From the NCBI GenBank assembly GCA_021827645.1, contig JAKAVA010000104.1, positions 2,840 to 66,839 on the forward strand: a stretch of 64,000 bases of DNA, in the 5' to 3' direction. The stretch is from Planctomycetota bacterium (GTDB lineage: Bacteria; Planctomycetota; Phycisphaerae; WQYP01). A program made the translations under genes and the position numbers. This document shows positions 40,607-50,800 of this stretch, piece after piece. The notes beneath the pieces are model-generated. The model worked only from the letters and a program-made list of their open reading frames with translations. It did no database searches and was not told where the DNA came from. How positions within the stretch are numbered: the stretch's first letter is position 1; each line of letters opens with the position of its first letter.

Positions 40607-41748
40607 TTCAATTGCCTCACTAAACGAGCCCCCAGACCGGTCGCCATCTCATAGCCGATGGTTCGACAGATTTGCGCAAGATGATCCATCGAAATATGTG
40701 ATCGGGGGTTTGAACTTATTAACGTCGCCGTGTCACCTTCATGAACACGACCGTCGGTAACGTCGACGACGATTTGATCCATGCTTACTCGGCCCACGAC
40801 AGGGAACGGATGCTGCGCTATTTCCACGACGGCGCGTCCGCCCAGTTCCCGCCGGTAGCCATCACCATAACCGACGGGAATAATCGCCAACCGCGACAGT
40901 CGCGCGGTTACAAACTGATGGCCGTATCCGACGCCCGTCCCGGCGGGACGAGTGTGTATCGCCAGAACCGGGGCCGTCAATTCAGCGACAGGCTGGAGTG
41001 CATTGTTGGGATACTCGAGGCTTGGTTGAAGGCCGTAAAGTCCGATGCCGAGGCGGACCAGATCAACATCCATCGGCAGTGTTCGATGCGTTCCGCCGGA
41101 ATTATGGATATGCGCCATGATCCCCTGCGATCGCAGTGGACCGGATAATTTATTGAATAGGTCATACTGACGCGCTGTAACATCACTGTTGGGGATTTCG
41201 CCATGTGAAAAGTGGGCAAACACACCACTTAACTTGATGTGTGGCAGGCTGGATACCGCGTGAAGAAGCGCGGGCAGAAGATCCGCGGTGCACCCCTGGC
41301 GCGTAAGCCCGACATCAGTCTGCACGTGCACCCGCATTTCGCGGCCCATGGTTTGCGCAAGCGAATTCAACTGCTCGGCATCACGAACGCTTTGAATCGT
41401 CAGATATATCCTTTTCTCCGCGTCCAGCGTCAGGATTTGCCGCCAAATACCGGGAATATCCATCGAGAATGCACCGGCCTGAAAGCTCAAAGGGCATAGG
41501 ACATGCACATTCATGGACCGGTCTTTCTGAAGCACCTCGACCGCTTCATGGACGGAAAAAACGCTGCACCATCGGATATTGTTTTGCACGAGCAATTCAA
41601 TCATCTGGGGCAGACCGTGACCGTACGCATTGGCTTTCACCACGGCCGATATCTCCGCCTTCGGTGGAAGCAGATTGCGATAAAAGGTGACATTGTGTGC
41701 GAAACTCGCACGGGATATCGACAGTGTTCCATAATCGTCAAGCATCAT
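40603..41748 (-). CDS. alr: Alanine racemase
   Basis: PLP-lysine motif AVVKANAYGHG; ~381 aa. Confidence 0.85.
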   Translation of the reverse strand: MMLDDYGTLSISRASFAHNVTFYRNLLPPKAEISAVVKANAYGHGLPQMIELLVQNNIRWCSVFSVHEAVEVLQKDRSMNVHVLCPLSFQAGAFSMDIPGIWRQILTLDAEKRIYLTIQSVRDAEQLNSLAQTMGREMRVHVQTDVGLTRQGCTADLLPALLHAVSSLPHIKLSGVFAHFSHGEIPNSDVTARQYDLFNKLSGPLRSQGIMAHIHNSGGTHRTLPMDVDLVRLGIGLYGLQPSLEYPNNALQPVAELTAPVLAIHTRPAGTGVGYGHQFVTARLSRLAIIPVGYGDGYRRELGGRAVVEIAQHPFPVVGRVSMDQIVVDVTDGRVHEGDTATLISSNPRSHISMDHLAQICRTIGYEMATGLGARLVRQLN

Positions 41749-42842
41749 CGGTGCGCCTCTGGCCGGGGAATCGATGCGCGGACCAGGCGGTCGGCCAGGA
41801 CTCGAGCCAAGCCCGAGAGCCGCGGAATCACATCATGGATATCGGAAGCATCGCCGCCGGCACCAGCGAGCTGATCTGTCCCCGGCAACTCAATCAGAAT
41901 CGCGGACATATCATCCCGGTCGAGCGACCGCATCGCCGTATAAAGTTCGCCAGCGGCATGATACAGATTTTCAGGAAGCGCAATCGACGTAACATGCTTA
42001 AATGTCATTGGCAACGGACCGAAACTGATGACACCCGGACGGCCTGCGCCACTAACCAGCGATTCAAGCACGGTCTGCAGGTGTGTAAGTTCGGCTCGCA
42101 TGAACAGATGCGTCGGGCGGTGCGGTGCGTAGTGGCGACTCAGCAGGCCGGGACTTGGAAGCGGCTGGTCGTCGCCCGGCGCAGAGTGATGCAAAATCGG
42201 GACGGATATACCCGCGCGACGGAGCACCGCATCGATATCTTCCGCCGTTATGATCCCCGGGCGATAAATAACGGGCTGCTCTCCGTTAAACCCGACCACC
42301 GTTGATTCAATTCCGACAGCGCATGGTCCTCCGTCAACAATCCATTCAATACGGCCGCGGAGGTCTTCCAGCACATGGCCGGCGGTGGTGGGAGAAATGT
42401 GTCCCGATTTGTTGGCGCTGGGGGCTGCCAGAGGCCTCCCGCATTTTTCAAGAATGCCGCGCATAACGGGATGCGCCGGTACGCGGATGCCCACAGTCGG
42501 GAGACCGGCCGATACCGTGGGGGCAAGTTTTCCGGCACTCGGCAAGATGAGCGTAAGAGGCCCCGGCCAAAATGCGGCGGCCAATATCCCAGCATGTTTC
42601 GGCCAGTTGCCGGTTAAACCAGCCGCCTGAGCGGACGATAGCACATGGGTAATCAGAGGATTCTTGGCGGGGCGATTTTTGGCCTTGAATATTTTTGCGA
42701 CCGCATCCTGATTTTCAGCATCGGCCGCAAGCCCGTAGACCGTTTCCGTCGGGACCGCGACGAGTTCGCCACGTCGCAGGCAGTTGGCTGCGAGTTCAAT
42801 GCCACCGGGGCCGCAGGCAATCTGTGTGTCGAGTGTCACCAT
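41745..42842 (-). CDS. tsaC: L-threonylcarbamoyladenylate synthase, Sua5 type (YrdC domain plus Sua5 C-terminal domain)
   Basis: VAVPTETVYGLAADA YrdC signature; ~365 aa implies the Sua5 C-terminal extension. Confidence 0.8.
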   Translation of the reverse strand: MVTLDTQIACGPGGIELAANCLRRGELVAVPTETVYGLAADAENQDAVAKIFKAKNRPAKNPLITHVLSSAQAAGLTGNWPKHAGILAAAFWPGPLTLILPSAGKLAPTVSAGLPTVGIRVPAHPVMRGILEKCGRPLAAPSANKSGHISPTTAGHVLEDLRGRIEWIVDGGPCAVGIESTVVGFNGEQPVIYRPGIITAEDIDAVLRRAGISVPILHHSAPGDDQPLPSPGLLSRHYAPHRPTHLFMRAELTHLQTVLESLVSGAGRPGVISFGPLPMTFKHVTSIALPENLYHAAGELYTAMRSLDRDDMSAILIELPGTDQLAGAGGDASDIHDVIPRLSGLARVLADRLVRASIPRPEAHR

Positions 42843-43618
42843 CCGACAATGTTATAACCGCCATCTACGTAGATCGTCTCACCGGTAACGCCGGATGACA
42901 GATCGCTGCACAGATAAAGTGCGGTACGCCCGACGTGATTGGCGGCATCATCAGCATTCCATTTGAGCGGCGCTTTTTCCGTATAGTGCACCATCATTTT
43001 ATCAATGTCGCCAATGCCGCGTGCCGCCATGGTTTTAATGGCGCCGGCGCTGATGGCATTGACGCGAATCTGCTTTTCGTGGCGTCCAAGTTCCGCTGCC
43101 AGATAGCGCACGGAACATTCCAGAGCTGCTTTGGCCACCGCCATGACGTTGTACATGGGGATGAATTTTTCCGCCCCCAGATAACTCATGGTGATAATCG
43201 AGCCACCTGGATTCATAATCGGAAGCGCCTCGCGGGCCAATGCCACGAGCGAATAGGCGCTGATATCCACCGCCGTATTCCATGCGGCCCGAGTCGTCTG
43301 CAGGAATGGGTTATGGAGCGCCTCGGCAGGTGCAAAGGCCAGAGAGTGAACGAGATAATCAAATGTGCCGAAAACTTCTTTCGCTTTGGCAAAAGCCGTT
43401 ACGATATCCTCATCCTTGCTTACGTCGCAAGGAGCCAAAAATGCGGGCTTAAAAGGTTCGACGGCCTTGACGACCCGACGTTCAATTTTTTCTCCCGGAA
43501 GATGCGAAAAGGCCAGTTGACACCCGGCCTGATGCAGCTGCTGAGAAATGTGCCAGCCGATGGAGTATTCATTGAGCACACCAAAAACAAATGCTTTTTT
43601 TCCTGAGAGCATGGACAT
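42836..43618 (-). CDS. fabI: Enoyl-[acyl-carrier-protein] reductase (NADH), FabI
   Basis: MSMLSGKKAFVFGVLNEYSIGWHI N-terminus; SDR fold; ORF extends to 43690 but the MSML start fits FabI. Confidence 0.85.
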   Translation of the reverse strand: MSMLSGKKAFVFGVLNEYSIGWHISQQLHQAGCQLAFSHLPGEKIERRVVKAVEPFKPAFLAPCDVSKDEDIVTAFAKAKEVFGTFDYLVHSLAFAPAEALHNPFLQTTRAAWNTAVDISAYSLVALAREALPIMNPGGSIITMSYLGAEKFIPMYNVMAVAKAALECSVRYLAAELGRHEKQIRVNAISAGAIKTMAARGIGDIDKMMVHYTEKAPLKWNADDAANHVGRTALYLCSDLSSGVTGETIYVDGGYNIVGW

Positions 43619-43699
43619 GTCTTCATTTTCCTTCTGATTCATATCTGCTGAACACATTCTGATGTGCTGACCCGATGGAGCCTGGCACATGACGCTTTT

Positions 43700-44404
43700 T
43701 CACCTGGGATAATCGCCTCGCAGATTGGCGATCGTTCCCTTGCGATCGGATGATCGAAACACAGCCGCCCCGGCGACCAGAACATCAGCCCCGGCTTCAA
43801 GCGCGTCGTGGGCGGTTCGAATTGAAATTCCGCCGTCAATCTCCAAACGCTGTTTGGGCCCCAGCCTATTGCGGAACCACCGAACCTTCTCCAGCACATC
43901 GGAAATAAATGTCTGGCCGGTGAAGCCGGGATGAACGCTCATGATGAGCACCATATCAACCTGACTCAGCAGCGCATCGACCGCCTCAACCGGCGTTTCC
44001 GGATTCAGCGCAACGCCTGCCGTGGCGCCGCCGTCATGAATACGGTCGATCAGATCCAAAGCACCGAATTCCTTCAATCCGGGGGCTTCAATATGAAACG
44101 TCAGATTGCCCGCACCGGCATCGAGGAATGGTTTTACAAAATCCTGCGGATGTTCCACCATCAAATGGACATCCTGCGTGAGCGTGGTGGCCCGCCCGAT
44201 CGCCTGAACCATATCCGGCCCCATGGTGAGATTGGGAACGAAATGCCCGTCCATGATGTCGACATGGAACAGATCGGCACCGCAGCGCTCGGCGTCCATG
44301 ATCTCCTCGGCAATTCGGCCGAAATCGGCCGCCAGCACCGATGGTGCAACCAGCGGCAGGTGAGGAGGTTTGAGAAACACGCTGCTTTTCATTCGAAGGT
44401 TCAA
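43700..44404 (-). CDS. rpe: Ribulose-phosphate 3-epimerase
   Basis: [30 protein letters not shown] motifs. Confidence 0.9.
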   Translation of the reverse strand: MNLRMKSSVFLKPPHLPLVAPSVLAADFGRIAEEIMDAERCGADLFHVDIMDGHFVPNLTMGPDMVQAIGRATTLTQDVHLMVEHPQDFVKPFLDAGAGNLTFHIEAPGLKEFGALDLIDRIHDGGATAGVALNPETPVEAVDALLSQVDMVLIMSVHPGFTGQTFISDVLEKVRWFRNRLGPKQRLEIDGGISIRTAHDALEAGADVLVAGAAVFRSSDRKGTIANLRGDYPR

Positions 44405-44410
44405 TCCAAA

Positions 44411-45601
44411 TCAGACGTTATCCAGCAGATCGATACAGGCAAAACCTTTACCTTCCAGAAATTCGAGACTGGCCCCGCCGCCCGTCGACACATGTGATAC
44501 CTTATCCGCAAGTCCAAATTCCTCAATGGCTGCCGCCGAGTCCCCACCACCGATGATGGTGGTCGCCCCGTGAGAGGTAATTCCCGCCATGGCCTCGGCT
44601 ACCACCCGTGTGCCATTTTGAAACGGTTTTTTTTCAAACACACCCATGGGCCCGTTCCATACGACGGTACGTGCGGCGGAGATCAATTTGGCGTAATGCT
44701 GTGCGGTGGCGGGACCGATATCAAAGCCTTCCATATCATCGGGGATATCGCCGACCACCACGCGGGTCTGAGCCTGATCGGTCATTTCCCTGGCCACCAC
44801 GGTATCCGTGGGAAGAATCAGCTTGCCACCCGCCTTTTGCAGCAGTGAGCCGGCAAGCGGAGCCTTATCTTTTTCGCACAGGGATTTGCCCACCTTTTTC
44901 CCCTGGGAAAGGAAGAATGTGTAGGCCATCGCCCCACCGATTAATACATAATCCGCCTTGGAAAGGAGGTTTTCAATGACCGCGATTTTATCCGACACCT
45001 TGGCCCCGCCGAGAATGGCAATGAACGGCCGATGCGGGTGGTCGAGTGAATCGCCCAGAAATTTTAATTCTTTTTCAATAAGCATACCGATGACACGCCG
45101 TCCCGGGCCGAGTTTTTCCGGCACGCCGTAGGTGGAGGCATGCTGCCGGTGGGCGGTACCAAAGGCGTCATTGACGTACAGATCGCCAAGAGCCGCAAGC
45201 TGGCTTGCGAACTCGGCGTCATTCTTTTCCTCACCCTTGTGAAAGCGGGTATTTTCAAGCACCAGCACATCACCCGGTTTCAGGGTGGCTACCATGTTGC
45301 GCACCGCTTCTCCGATGCAATCCGGTGCAAGCTTCACCGGTTTACCCAGCAGTTTGGCCAGATGCTCGGCCGCCGGTTTAAGCGAATATTTTGGCTCCGG
45401 CCCCCCCTTGGGCCGTCCGAGGTGACTCATCAGGATGGCGATACCGCCCCGATCGATGATATTTCGGATCGTCGGAAGGGCGGCGACGATTCGCCGGTCG
45501 TCGGTGATGTTAAGCTTTTCATCCAGTGGAACATTAAAGTCGACGCGTACCAGAACTTTTTTACCATTTACCGCCAAGGATGTTACTGTTTTTTTTGCCA
45601 T
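44411..45601 (-). CDS. pgk: Phosphoglycerate kinase
   Basis: [27 protein letters not shown]-terminus; ~397 aa. Confidence 0.9.
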   Translation of the reverse strand: MAKKTVTSLAVNGKKVLVRVDFNVPLDEKLNITDDRRIVAALPTIRNIIDRGGIAILMSHLGRPKGGPEPKYSLKPAAEHLAKLLGKPVKLAPDCIGEAVRNMVATLKPGDVLVLENTRFHKGEEKNDAEFASQLAALGDLYVNDAFGTAHRQHASTYGVPEKLGPGRRVIGMLIEKELKFLGDSLDHPHRPFIAILGGAKVSDKIAVIENLLSKADYVLIGGAMAYTFFLSQGKKVGKSLCEKDKAPLAGSLLQKAGGKLILPTDTVVAREMTDQAQTRVVVGDIPDDMEGFDIGPATAQHYAKLISAARTVVWNGPMGVFEKKPFQNGTRVVAEAMAGITSHGATTIIGGGDSAAAIEEFGLADKVSHVSTGGGASLEFLEGKGFACIDLLDNV

Positions 45602-46561
45602 GTGAATTGACGATCCCTTCCCGATCAAAAGCGTTCATTTTTCCAACACCGTGGATCAAGGCCCCGGCCCGACTCCGGTTATGCTAGATAATCCTGTCGG
45701 TACGGTCAAGGCAAACGTTTTGGTGGATGGAGATTTTTCTACTGGCTGCAATCCGGCCTCGGCTGATTCTCCGCACGTGAGTGTGTTGCCTGCGAAGCCG
45801 ATCACGCCGTAATGCTTTTCAACGGCGTAGACCTAAACATTCCAATGTTTATGATTAACGCAGGCGCTTTCGCCGGTACCTTTCTGGAAGACCGGATGAC
45901 AGGTACATTTTTCATTTTCGGTGTTAGCATTTTCCAATTGGCTGGTCTTAGCCGCGTCGGCGGACTATCCGAGATCAGGGCACGGTGCTCTCTTCGAACC
46001 CCAAAGCCTACAACCTCGACAAGATGCTCGAGTACCTCAGCCATGAACGATCGGTGTTTCTGGTCTATCTGATCGGGGTGAAGCCCGGGGCACTTGTAAA
46101 CACAGTTTTGGTGTCGATCTTTCAGCGGCGGTTGCTAAAGGCAACGATATTGCTAAAGCATTGGTCCGGCCGAAATTCGCGCGGTGTCACACAATTTGAA
46201 GGTCGGGCGCTCAACGAACTTATCACGCATCCGGAACAAGATATCGACGAGAGCGAAGCTATCGCGTTTCTTGAAAAAGTTATCGGGCTATAAGGTCCGA
46301 CTTCGGTTTTACGCCCCATGGCTACTACCGGTCCACGGCCTGAGAGACGGTTCAAGGACCACTACGACGGGTTTTGGAAGCTGAACACGCCCAGCATGAA
46401 AGTGCGATAATGAACACACAAACTCCATACATTTCGGATCATTTTATGGCGTTTTCTGGCAATATTGGGGGTCGAAAAGGTATCCTTGATGGAGGGCCAG
46501 AACCGCATGAAAACGCTGTAGAATCAGTGGTTTTTGAAGATTCCGAAGCACAAAAGGAAAA

Positions 46562-46633
46562 CTCCGCGGGTAGGATTCGAACCTACAACCAGTCGGTTAA
46601 CAGCCGACTGCTCTACCATTGAGCTACCGCGGA
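46562..46633 (-). tRNA. tRNA-Asn (anticodon GTT)
   Basis: Reverse complement TCCGCGGTAGCTCAATGGTAGAGCAGTCGGCTGTTAACCGACTGGTTGTAGGTTCGAATCCTACCCGCGGAG folds as a cloverleaf: 7-bp acceptor, D-arm, anticodon stem GTCGG/CCGAC with loop CTGTTAA, T-loop GGTTCGAATCC. Confidence 0.85.
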
Positions 46634-46733
46634 AAGTAGCATTTTTAACTACCGTCATTTTGCGCCTCTGCGGCCCAATGTCAAGCCTCATCTAAGGCCG
46701 GATGAGGGACGACAAAAAAAATCAGAAATTTAT

Positions 46734-46762
46734 TTGACAACCTCCAATTCGTGCATCATAAT
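46734..46762 (+). promoter_or_regulatory. Near-consensus sigma-70-type promoter upstream of the first PEP-CTERM gene
   Basis: TTGACA-17 nt-CATAAT in an AT-rich stretch ~190 bp upstream of ATG 46952. Confidence 0.4.
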
Positions 46763-46951
46763 AATACCGTTTTATGATTTGCTGGTTAAGGTATAAATAA
46801 ACCGGCATCTCTGACGTGGAATTTTTTCGTGGAGGGGTTGGAGAGTCGATTCAACCGGCTTAATCAACCCGACAATTTGTTTTAGAAACCTGCTGCACGG
46901 AGCATGTTGCGCCGCGCGGAATCGGGTGAAGTATGCGTAGGGAGGAAAACT

Positions 46952-47821
46952 ATGCGCATTCATCGTTACTCTTCGGCTCAAAGCAATACCTTGTTCAAAC
47001 GCATTTCGGCCGCATTCCTGCTGGCATCTGCGGCGGCTGCCTTGACGCACTCCGTAGCGGCCCAAGCGGATACCATCTTGGGATCATTTACGCTTTCCAA
47101 TTATTACACGCCGACAAGCCCGACGAATTCCACCCCTACCGATCCGAGCAATCCACTGAGTGCGACAATCACCTTTACCTATCTGAAGCCGGCAGCCGCT
47201 GGCGGCTATAATCTCGCTGTGCAGATCGCCAATACTTCGACACCGGTATCGAACAATGAACTGATTCGTGACGTTGTTTTTCAGGTTTCGGATAACGGGA
47301 ACCTGTTGACCGGATCGCCATCGAGCAGCACGGCGTACCTAGCGAGCTACGTTTCGGAGGATTATAGCGGGTCTCCGAGCACCATTGCACCTGGCGGAAG
47401 CTTATCTTCGTCTTGGGCGATAGATTCTTCGGCGTCGTATGCAAATTCTTATGACCTGACCAGCCAAGCACCGTCTCAGAATAGAAATCTTGATATGATC
47501 GGCCCTCCGTTAGCGGATATGGGTAGTGCAAATCAGACGGTTGGATCGGGGTCACTCGCACCCGCGTTACTGCCGGCTAGCGGCAACAATGGCGTCACGT
47601 TTGATGTCAATATTCCGAACTTGGATGGTGCGGCAACGATTCAGAACATTTATGTCGGCTACGGATTTACGTCGACATTGGGCGGCTATGTGCCGCTCGG
47701 CGGCTATGTATCGATTCCATCGAGCGATCCGCCGGCAGTTGTTCCCGAGCCATCAACCGCCGCAGTTGCCGGGGCCATGCTTTGTCTGGCCGGATTATTT
47801 ATTCGCAGGCGCCGAGCTTGA
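46952..47821 (+). CDS. PEP-CTERM sorting-domain protein (secreted, Ser/Thr/Gly-rich)
   Basis: Signal peptide; C-terminal VPEPSTAAVAGAMLCLAGLFIRRRRA (PEP motif, TM helix, Arg cluster); GGAGG RBS. Confidence 0.8.
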   Translation: MRIHRYSSAQSNTLFKRISAAFLLASAAAALTHSVAAQADTILGSFTLSNYYTPTSPTNSTPTDPSNPLSATITFTYLKPAAAGGYNLAVQIANTSTPVSNNELIRDVVFQVSDNGNLLTGSPSSSTAYLASYVSEDYSGSPSTIAPGGSLSSSWAIDSSASYANSYDLTSQAPSQNRNLDMIGPPLADMGSANQTVGSGSLAPALLPASGNNGVTFDVNIPNLDGAATIQNIYVGYGFTSTLGGYVPLGGYVSIPSSDPPAVVPEPSTAAVAGAMLCLAGLFIRRRRA

Positions 47822-50800
47822 CGCGGCGCTGCAAGCCGTAAACCGCACCAGAACCTGATGGTCACGCTGATCATTGATCATGTGGATAACACCATCAGGA
47901 GATGGCACACCGTCGACAATTACTTGCCTGTCGGCCGAAGGCTCCATCATGATGTGGTAAAAGGTTTCGCAGTAGCGGTAATGGAGTTTGAACGCGGGCC
48001 ATTTTGCGGGGAGTCGGGGCTCGAACCAGAGCCGATCCGCGGAAACCCGAATGCCCATGAAGGTTTCCACCAGGAGGCGGTACATCCATCCGGCGGAACC
48101 GGTGTACCAGGTCCAACCTCCGCGGCCGGGGCATGAGGCCAGCGTGTAGACATCCGCCGCAACGACATACGGCTCGACACGATACGTACTGATATCTTCT
48201 GCCGAGGCGCCATGATTGATGGGATTGATCAGTTGGAAAAGATCCCATGCTTTTTCGACCTCTCCCGCAAGTGCAAAAGCCATGATGGCCCATACGGCGG
48301 CATGCGTGTACTGCCCGCCGTTTTCACGCACGCCGGGCAGATAGCCGGCGATATAACCGGGGTCGTGCGTGGGATGATCAAAGGGGGGATCGAATAATTT
48401 TATAAGTCTGAGGTCGCGATCGACCAGATGCCGCTCCACGGAACGCAGCGCCGATTCGCGCCGCTGCAGATCTCCGATGCCGGCGATGGTGGCCCAGCTT
48501 TGCGGCAGGCTGTCGATTTTACACTGGGCGTTGAGATGCGAGCCAAGCGGTGTGCCATCATCGAAGAAGGCACGCGTATACCACTCACCGTCCCAAGTGC
48601 TTTCCTCGATCGCCCGCGAGAGGGAGGCGATGCGATCCCGGCACCAATGCTGCGTCGGCTCATCGGCTTTGATCTGCGCAACCTTGGCCATTTCGGCAAA
48701 AACGACGCATTGGAAAAATGCCAGCCATACACTTTCCCCCTGTCCCTGCTCACCGACGAGATTCAATCCGTCGTTCCAATCTCCGCAACCGATGATCGGT
48801 AATCCATGGGCCCCATCACGCATGCCACGCCTCAAAGCCAGGATGGCATGGTCATAAAGAGTGGCAACCTTGGGGCTGGACTGCGGTGCGTCATACCAAG
48901 ATTCAGCATGTTCGGCAACGGGCGGTCCGGCGATGAAGCCGACGCGTTCATCGAGAACTCCGGTATCGCCGGTGAGTTGGACATATCGCGCGACAGCCAG
49001 CGGCAACCAGAGGAAATCGTCGGAAAATTTGGTTCTCACCCCCCTGCCTGTGGGCGGATGCCACCAATGCTGGACATCTCCATCTTCAAACTGCCGCGAT
49101 GCGCAGGTGAGCAGATGGGCGCGGAGAATCGGTGGATCCGCCAAGGCTGCCGCCATGGCATCCTGCAATTGATCGCGAAAACCAAAAGCGCCGCCTGACT
49201 GGTAGTAACCGGATCGGCCAAAGATTCGGGATGAAATGGTCTGATAGAGAAGCCAGCCGTTGGCAAGTGCGTTGAGGGATGCATCGGGTGATTCGATATA
49301 GATCGTTCCGAGTGTTCGTTTCCAATACCACCAGACGCCCTCAAGGGCCGTTTTTGCGGCAGCGACGGATTGAAAGCGATTGACCAGGGATTTAGCCTGA
49401 GCTTCGTCCGGTGCCGCACCGAGAATGAATGTCAACTCGCGTTCCGACTGAGGAGCGAGCTGGATTTCACACATGGTGGCGGCGCAGGGATCAAGTGCAG
49501 CACCCAAACGGCCGAGCAATCGGGTAAAGCGCATGGCCTGGGGCGAGTTGACGGAGCCGGATCTTCCGATGAACTCCGTACGGTCGCCGGTAACGCTGCG
49601 GCGCGGTTCAGAGGTGCCGGCAAAGGCGACCCAAGTTCCAAAATCAAGATTCCATGCATTTCGTGCCAGAATAGCGCCGGACTTTACATCCATCTGCGTC
49701 CAGATATGCGGTGCGGTGCGCTGGGCTGATTCACCGAGCACCCATTGGACATAATGGGCAACGGTGAGCTTGCGCGTTCGGTTACTTCGATTTTTCAATT
49801 TGATTAATATAAATTTAACCGGCTCATCCATATGGCAGAAGACTTTCATCTCACAATCAATCTCCTGCGCCGATGATTCAAATACGGTGTAACCGAAGCC
49901 GTGGCGGGTGACCGAAACACCCGGTGCACCAGCGGCACCGACCGTCGGCGACCAGAATCGGCCGGTTTGATCGTCGCGGATATAAAGCGCTTCGCCGGTG
50001 AGATCGGATACGGCGTCATTGAGCCACGGGGTGAGGCGATATTCATGTGCGTTATCAACCCAGGTGTACATGCTGCCACGTTCGGATACGACGGTGCCGA
50101 TGCGCCTGCCGGCGATGACATTGCACCATGGGGCAGGCGGAAGAATATTGGGCCTCAACTGCATGACATATTCCCGCCCGTCACGGGTAAAACCGCCGAT
50201 CCCGTTGAAGTCATTCAGATCAGGGCGCCGGCCGAGGGGCTGATCGGCGTCTTTAACCGGTTGAAGAACCGGCACCAGAGGCAGCGGGGTAAGTGAGGTG
50301 GTACCCGTGGCTTCGCTTTGCTCGACCATCGTGCCGGCAACATCCGACATGCTGATGGTCGCTGCTGCCTGGAGAAGGCGGCGATCTTCCTCGGCGATCA
50401 GATCACTGCGGCGAATGAAAATTCCACCGGGTTTATCCATCCATTGCGCACCGGGGCCGGAGGCCGCGATGGAGGTGATCGCATCGGAGAGATTCTGGCG
50501 ATAATTTGAGGCGTCCTGATTCCAGATGACCAGATCGACCGAAAGGCCCTTCTGCCGCCAATATGCATGTGCCTGAATCATCTGCCGCACCAACGAAAGA
50601 TTCTGCTCGCCCGTGACGCGAAGCAGTACGATGGGCAAATCGCCGGAGATGCCCATCGCCCAGAGCCCGGACTGTCCCCGACGGTTGGCGAGTATCAGAT
50701 CTGCATTAGCTTTGAAGCGCGAGCGGGGATAGATCAAGGCACCGGCGAGCTCGCTGAAAAGCTGGGCATCGCCGCTGCCGGCGCCGAGCTGCCGCAGCAG

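Noticed and set aside
42935-43606. 223-aa ORF antisense to fabI
   Set aside because: fabI frame carries the canonical N-terminal and SDR motifs; antisense ORF has none
46468-46633. Possibility that the tRNA-like sequence is the 3' domain of a tmRNA
   Set aside because: The sequence has a complete D-arm and a canonical anticodon stem-loop (GTT), i.e. a full tRNA. No tag-peptide reading frame or pseudoknot-rich body was recognisable upstream
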